From positions 71,238,001 through 71,302,000 of the forward strand of contig OZ296656.1 of the NCBI GenBank assembly GCA_965655095.1: a stretch of 64,000 nt of DNA. The letters are read 5' to 3'. The notes beneath the pieces are model-generated. The model saw only the letters and a program-made list of their open reading frames with translations, had not been told where the DNA came from and made no database searches. The translations under genes and the position numbers were made by a program. Origin of the DNA: Haplodiscus bocki (lineage: Eukaryota). This document shows positions 59,331-64,000 of this stretch, piece after piece. Positions within the stretch are counted from its first letter, which is position 1, and every line of letters starts with the position of its first letter.

Positions 59331-61317
59331 GCCCCATTGTTGTGATACTGCCTCGTTACTCTGCTGGACGAGAAATTTTATTTACACAGCGCCATATTAC
59401 TAATCTTGCAGTGAAATCTGCAAAATTTGAGCAAGTGCAAGATGACTTACCTGAAGACGAACGAGCTTGATAATAATAGTTACAAAAATGTTCTTGATTC
59501 CTCTTCGAATTCGACCTCAAATTCTGAAAATTTGCCAATTGTCATTAACTTTGCTTTACCGCTGACAGTGGAAATTCCTAAGAACTACAAATTGCTTGAT
59601 AAAATCTTTGTTGAAGCTGTTATTGCTGTAAAAAAAACAATTAAACTCCAATGAAATTACCATCTTCAAAAGTACAATTTTGCGAAACAAAGGCAATTTG
59701 AAATGCATTACCGTTATCATTCCTGCCAAGCTTGAAAATGCAGCTACTTCACTTATTTATGATGGCATTACAATTCGTGAACGACAAATACGGCCTTATT
59801 CTGTTCAACACTCCAACCCAAACAACAGTGCCTATCCACAAAAAGATTACCGATTTCATTCCGAAACGTTCCTCACTTCTTGAATGACAACGATATTTTG
59901 CAAAACTGTGGTCTTCAAAGCTTCACATTTGGCAGCAAGATTATTCACCAACAACGGAAACTCTCTGATGGCGGCCTGTTTTTCACTGGGGAAGCGAGAA
60001 CAACAGTCTTGATCAACAATGAAGATGAGGAAAGTTTACTTCAGAACTGGGCCAACTCAGCATATGACAAAATCTTCCTTTGTAGTGGCGTTTACTTCAA
60101 GTGTTGCTGTATTCCACTCATCCAATGCCCTCTATGCGCTAGTGACAACCTACCCAGTGCACATCATCACTCAAGATGCCCAAAACAACCACCAGAAGAA
60201 AGCCAAATGAGAACTGATGAACAAAGTCCAAACGAGAAAGTATCAACAGACTGTGTTATGGGAACTTCAGAAACAGTGTCAATGCACAAGGAACGTGAAA
60301 TTTCAGCCTCTGAAGATGAAGAACCAATCTCCAAAGCAGGCCGATGAAGCTGCTGAAACAGAGACAAGTGACAGTGATGAGGAGCTATCAACAGCAGAAC
60401 AAAGTGATGATCTCGCAGAAAAAGATGTAACTCCCACTCCAGAACCCAAACCAGAGCAAAAGACAACCCATTCAACCACTGCACTTCCCGCAAGATCTGA
60501 ATGGACCAGTGAACGAGGTTATCCTTATAAGCCAGCTGCAGAACAGAAGTATCCATTCTTTTTAGAAGAGAGTCAGAACAAAATTTTAACACCCGAAATC
60601 ATTTTCAAACAAATTTCTTCTATGAAAGAATATTTGAATAAAACTTGTCAAACCTCTGGAACCATCAATCTTTTAGATGAAGATAAAGAAGTTTCAAATT
60701 AGTACAGCCGCTTAAAAGATCTAAAGTTGAAGAACTTTTTAGTCAATCCAACTGGAAAGCTAATGACTCTGATGATATTTTAGCTTCACATTTTCAATTT
60801 TATACAACTATTAGGAAATTTGACCCCTTCTATGATGCGAAAACACGTCAAATTTTCACAATCAACCTGCTGAATAGAATTGTGAAAACTTTTACGCCGG
60901 TAAAACCGTGAAATAGTCTTTGAAATAATGTAACCAAAAGATGAAAAACTGCGAACTTTTGACTTGACAAACCATTTATTTTCTACAAAACTTTCAATAG
61001 AAACCTACAACTTACAAGTCTTTCAAACATCCTTATTAGACCTTCTGAAGGTTCAGACTTTAATTAAACTCCAAAACCTCTGTTAGGAGTAAACCGTAAC
61101 TTTGCAACATAGTTTTCCATAACTCTAGACTATATCATACCGACTTTCACCATTCACTTTATAGTATAACCAACATCCCTCCATATGAAAGTGCTGTTTA
61201 TTTCTTTGAATGGTGCTTCTTACTATATAAAACTTCCCATATTTATACTTTACCTACCTACATAAAAACTTTGATGTTACTTGTGAATTTATAGACTGCA
61301 TAATAAATTCTTTAAAA
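59331..61317 (+). mobile_element. E15: family D ORF1-only element, copy of E12
   Basis: Same ORF fragments as E12 at offset 8985; motif variant GCCCCATTGTTGTGATA. Confidence 0.87.
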
Positions 61318-64000
61318 GCCTAATTGTTGTGATAGCGTTACTCTGTCAGAGAATTAACTTTGTTTGTTTAACGCCATTCTTGCAAAACCTTGCAGCTCTT
61401 GCAAATTTTGAGCAAAATTGAGATACCGAACGAACTTGTTTCTCAAGTTGTGATTTAAGTTTCGTTATTTCCTTCGCTTTCATTTTGTTTTTTACCTTAC
61501 AAAATGCCATTACAAAAACATAACTTTCTCAGGAAGAACACAGGACCTCCGGTCAGATTCCCCGCATATGAACCCAAAACACCATTTATAAGCCTAGAAG
61601 AATTCAACAAACAACAAGCACCAGAATATTCAAAAGAAAATTTCCCACAAGTCTCAACATCCAAGAATGACACTTTACAACAACCCAGAAGTAAATGGCA
61701 GACAAAAAAATTGTACATTCCAAAATTTCGAAAACGATCCGATAACGTATTCAAGCAACCAGAAAATTACCCGCAACTCAACAACAAACAACATTGTGGC
61801 TGCTAACAGCAATGAAATGCCCATAGAACAATGTGAGAGCTCGGTGCCAAAGTACAATCAACCAGCCAATGCCCAAAATACTGAACACTGTGAGTGTGAT
61901 GAAGTAAACAGTCAACACCCAAAATCAAATTGTCACAACTCTGACATTGCTTCATCTGCCATTTCAGAGCAAGGGCATCAGCAATCTTGCTCTTCTACTC
62001 CTGAGCAGATAACTGCAGAAACTGTTGCTCCTCCTCTCGTGGAGAAAGCTGCTGGAAATGCTCCTTCCTTCAGTGATAAAGTGAAACAGACAAATAGTTA
62101 CAAAGAGTACAGAAGATAACGTATCCTGCGGATGAAGGTGGTTCCACCCTTCCGAAGGGAACACTTCCTGGATAGACAAAAAATGGAATCTGACGTGAAT
62201 GCTGCAATTAGAGAAATCCTCTGCATATTCCATCCAAAGTTCAGACCAATGGTCACCATTTCACGTACTAATTTAACTCAACTAAATCGGAACATCCAGA
62301 TACTAATGGTAACGGCACCCGAAGAAGCAGAGGAAGACCTAGCTAGAGCGAAGTTAAATGGAATTCAGATAATGGGGAAGACGGTGTTTCCGACAGGAGA
62401 AGAATTCTGGACATTCTTGCCTGCAGAATTCCCAAAGAGAGCATTGCTGCGTGTCAATAATCTCCCAATACTTTGCACTGACGAAGAGTTAGAAGAGCTC
62501 ATGGAGTTGCCAGCGGACATAAAACTTACAGGTGATCTCCTACGGGAATCAGAAGAGACCGAACTGGGCAGACTGTTTACAGGACGGGCAATGGTTCCTA
62601 TTATCATACCATCAAAAAAACACGAGAACTTAGTTAAACAATGGTCAATACGCAAGAACTCAGAGAATATTACCATCTGGAACGAGGTTCCAATTTATAT
62701 GAGTGTGCCCAGCCTGCATAAATGCAGGTTATGCGAACAAGAGGGCAGGAGACAAGTGATTGGCCATGATGAAAAATGGTGCCGAATCGTCCGCCAGACA
62801 ACGAAACCCCTGGAAGAAGAAGCTCAAACTCATGAAAGCGTGGAAAATGAAGTGCAAATGGTGCCTCAAAACGAACAAACCAAAGAAAGTGAGATGCAAC
62901 AGAACAGTACACCTGCAGACGACTATCACAATGTCTCTCATACCCCGGCCTCCGATGATGACAATGACGAAACAGTAGCAACTAATCCAAATAATTCAGA
63001 AGATGACGTTGTCTCTCATACCTCTTCCTCCGATGATGACAATAATGAAACAGTAGCAACTAATCAAAACAGCGACCATGATGGAAGGAAAAGAAACTGG
63101 CAGGAAGTGAAAAAGAAGAAAAGAAAGAGAAGTAATAAGTCAACAAAATCATTGAACAGTGGCAAAGCAACAAATTCAACAGAATACCCGGTGAGGAAAA
63201 GTCTGAACTTAAACTCAAATGGCTAGTTTCTCCTTCTTGCAGCCTGTAGACTGCTTTTCTTGTAATATAAGGGGTCTGAAAAATCCGGAACGTTTAGTAG
63301 AAATTTGTGACATTGTTAAAAACAAAAGTAAAAGTAAAAATAACATAATAACCATACAGGAAACAAAAATACAAAATCTAAAGGAGGAACATAAAAGAGT
63401 CTTGAAAAATTTTAAACTTACTTATGAGATTGTACCTGCCAGGGGAACCGCTGGAGGTCTTTTAACCCTGTTTCCAGAATCACTAAACGTAAAACCCGTT
63501 ATAAAAACTGATAATGTGTTAGCTCTTGCTCTGAATCAAAATGGTCCAATAATTTGTAATGTTTATATCAACCCAAAAGATTACCATATGAAGGCCTTCG
63601 AAATTGCTTGTGAGGACCTTCGTGAAATATCGGATAATGGAATTCTCTTTATGGGTGACTTCAATGCCATCGAACCCAATCAACACTACGATAAAGAAAA
63701 AATGTTCCCAAAAAACAATGATATCAGAATTACCAGATATCTCCGAATTTCTCGATTTCTAAACTTTTTTAATGCTTTTGACCTAGGAAAAACCCTAAGT
63801 ATGATGGAAGCCACTCATTTTGATAAAAGAACAAGAGCTAACACAAGAATTGACTACTTCTTTGGAAACATCAATGTTCAAAATTCGAAAATGTTTCTAC
63901 ACTCAACCTCTTTCTCCGATCATAAATGCCTTCATCTTACCTATTTTATGAATGAAAATCAAATCGGAAATGGTTCGTGGAAGTTAAACAATGAGATTTT
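61318..64000 (+). mobile_element. E16: family B4 element, copy of E13, runs off the window
   Basis: ORF1 61504-63226 with the same lesions as E13; ORF2 starts at 63219 (MASFSFLQ) and is open to the window end. Confidence 0.93.
63219..64000 (+). CDS. E16 ORF2 5' part (APE endonuclease domain), partial
   Basis: Matches 54234-55015; absent from the ORF track because it has no stop inside the window. Confidence 0.88.
   Translation, partial: MASFSFLQPVDCFSCNIRGLKNPERLVEICDIVKNKSKSKNNIITIQETKIQNLKEEHKRVLKNFKLTYEIVPARGTAGGLLTLFPESLNVKPVIKTDNVLALALNQNGPIICNVYINPKDYHMKAFEIACEDLREISDNGILFMGDFNAIEPNQHYDKEKMFPKNNDIRITRYLRISRFLNFFNAFDLGKTLSMMEATHFDKRTRANTRIDYFFGNINVQNSKMFLHSTSFSDHKCLHLTYFMNENQIGNGSWKLNNEI

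Larger units (their letters stand above)
50345..64000 (+). repeat. Higher-order tandem repeat, period ~8985 bp (unit = E12+E13+E14)
   Basis: 50345-55015 recurs at 59331-64000; ORF starts shift by exactly 8985 (50695/59680, 53147/62132). Confidence 0.92.

Noticed and set aside
4604-61334. Regularly recurring short motif read as a CRISPR-like array
   Set aside because: The intervening units are 0.4-5.8-kb retrotransposons, there are no cas genes, and the context is eukaryotic
280-62981. Minus-strand and alternate-frame ORFs overlapping the elements (including the poly-Lys/poly-Leu readings at 34663-34983)
   Set aside because: Shadows of biased coding sequence and the GAA repeat; they recur only because the elements are duplicated
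1-64000. LTR retrotransposon or endogenous virus
   Set aside because: No LTRs, protease, RNase H or integrase; the APE-RT order and motifs are those of non-LTR elements
1-64000. Calling this a true telomeric retrotransposon array
   Set aside because: The architecture is analogous, but units are not 5'-eroded, 6 kb of unique DNA interrupts the array and no chromosome-end evidence is visible; kept only as an analogy
1-64000. Unistrand piRNA-cluster-type TE graveyard as the sole explanation
   Set aside because: It would give nested fragments of many TE classes with random breakpoints, not precise end-to-end joints of one clade; secondary piRNA production is not excluded

Overview
AT-rich eukaryotic (probably invertebrate animal) DNA. 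About 58 of the 64 kb are two blocks (1-~11440 and 17343-64000) holding 16 non-LTR retrotransposon units (E1-E16) of the L1/Tx1 type: ORF1 with RRM-like motifs and an expanded CCHC knuckle, ORF2 with APE endonuclease, RT and a C-terminal Cys/His finger. All units are on the + strand and joined head-to-tail with no spacer. They fall into at least five divergent families: A, B (several subfamilies) and C are autonomous-type, while D and E are ORF1-only and carry an extra shared C-terminal domain. Every unit whose start is visible begins with the same 17-nt motif GCCTAATTGTTGTGATA (15 junctions, some variants), and every complete unit ends in AATNMATTMTTYAAAA with no variable poly(A). From memory, unverified, the 17-mer matches the 5' part of an acoel (Symsagittifera-type) trans-splicing spliced leader. 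The best-supported reading is a multi-family community of sequence-specific, self-stacking Tx1-like LINEs linked to an SL-like sequence, including ORF1-only hitchhikers, later reshaped by unequal exchange (8985-bp higher-order repeat, chimeras). Only one ORF2 is intact (54234-57506). The interval 11441-17342 is unassigned DNA containing a 38-bp palindrome.
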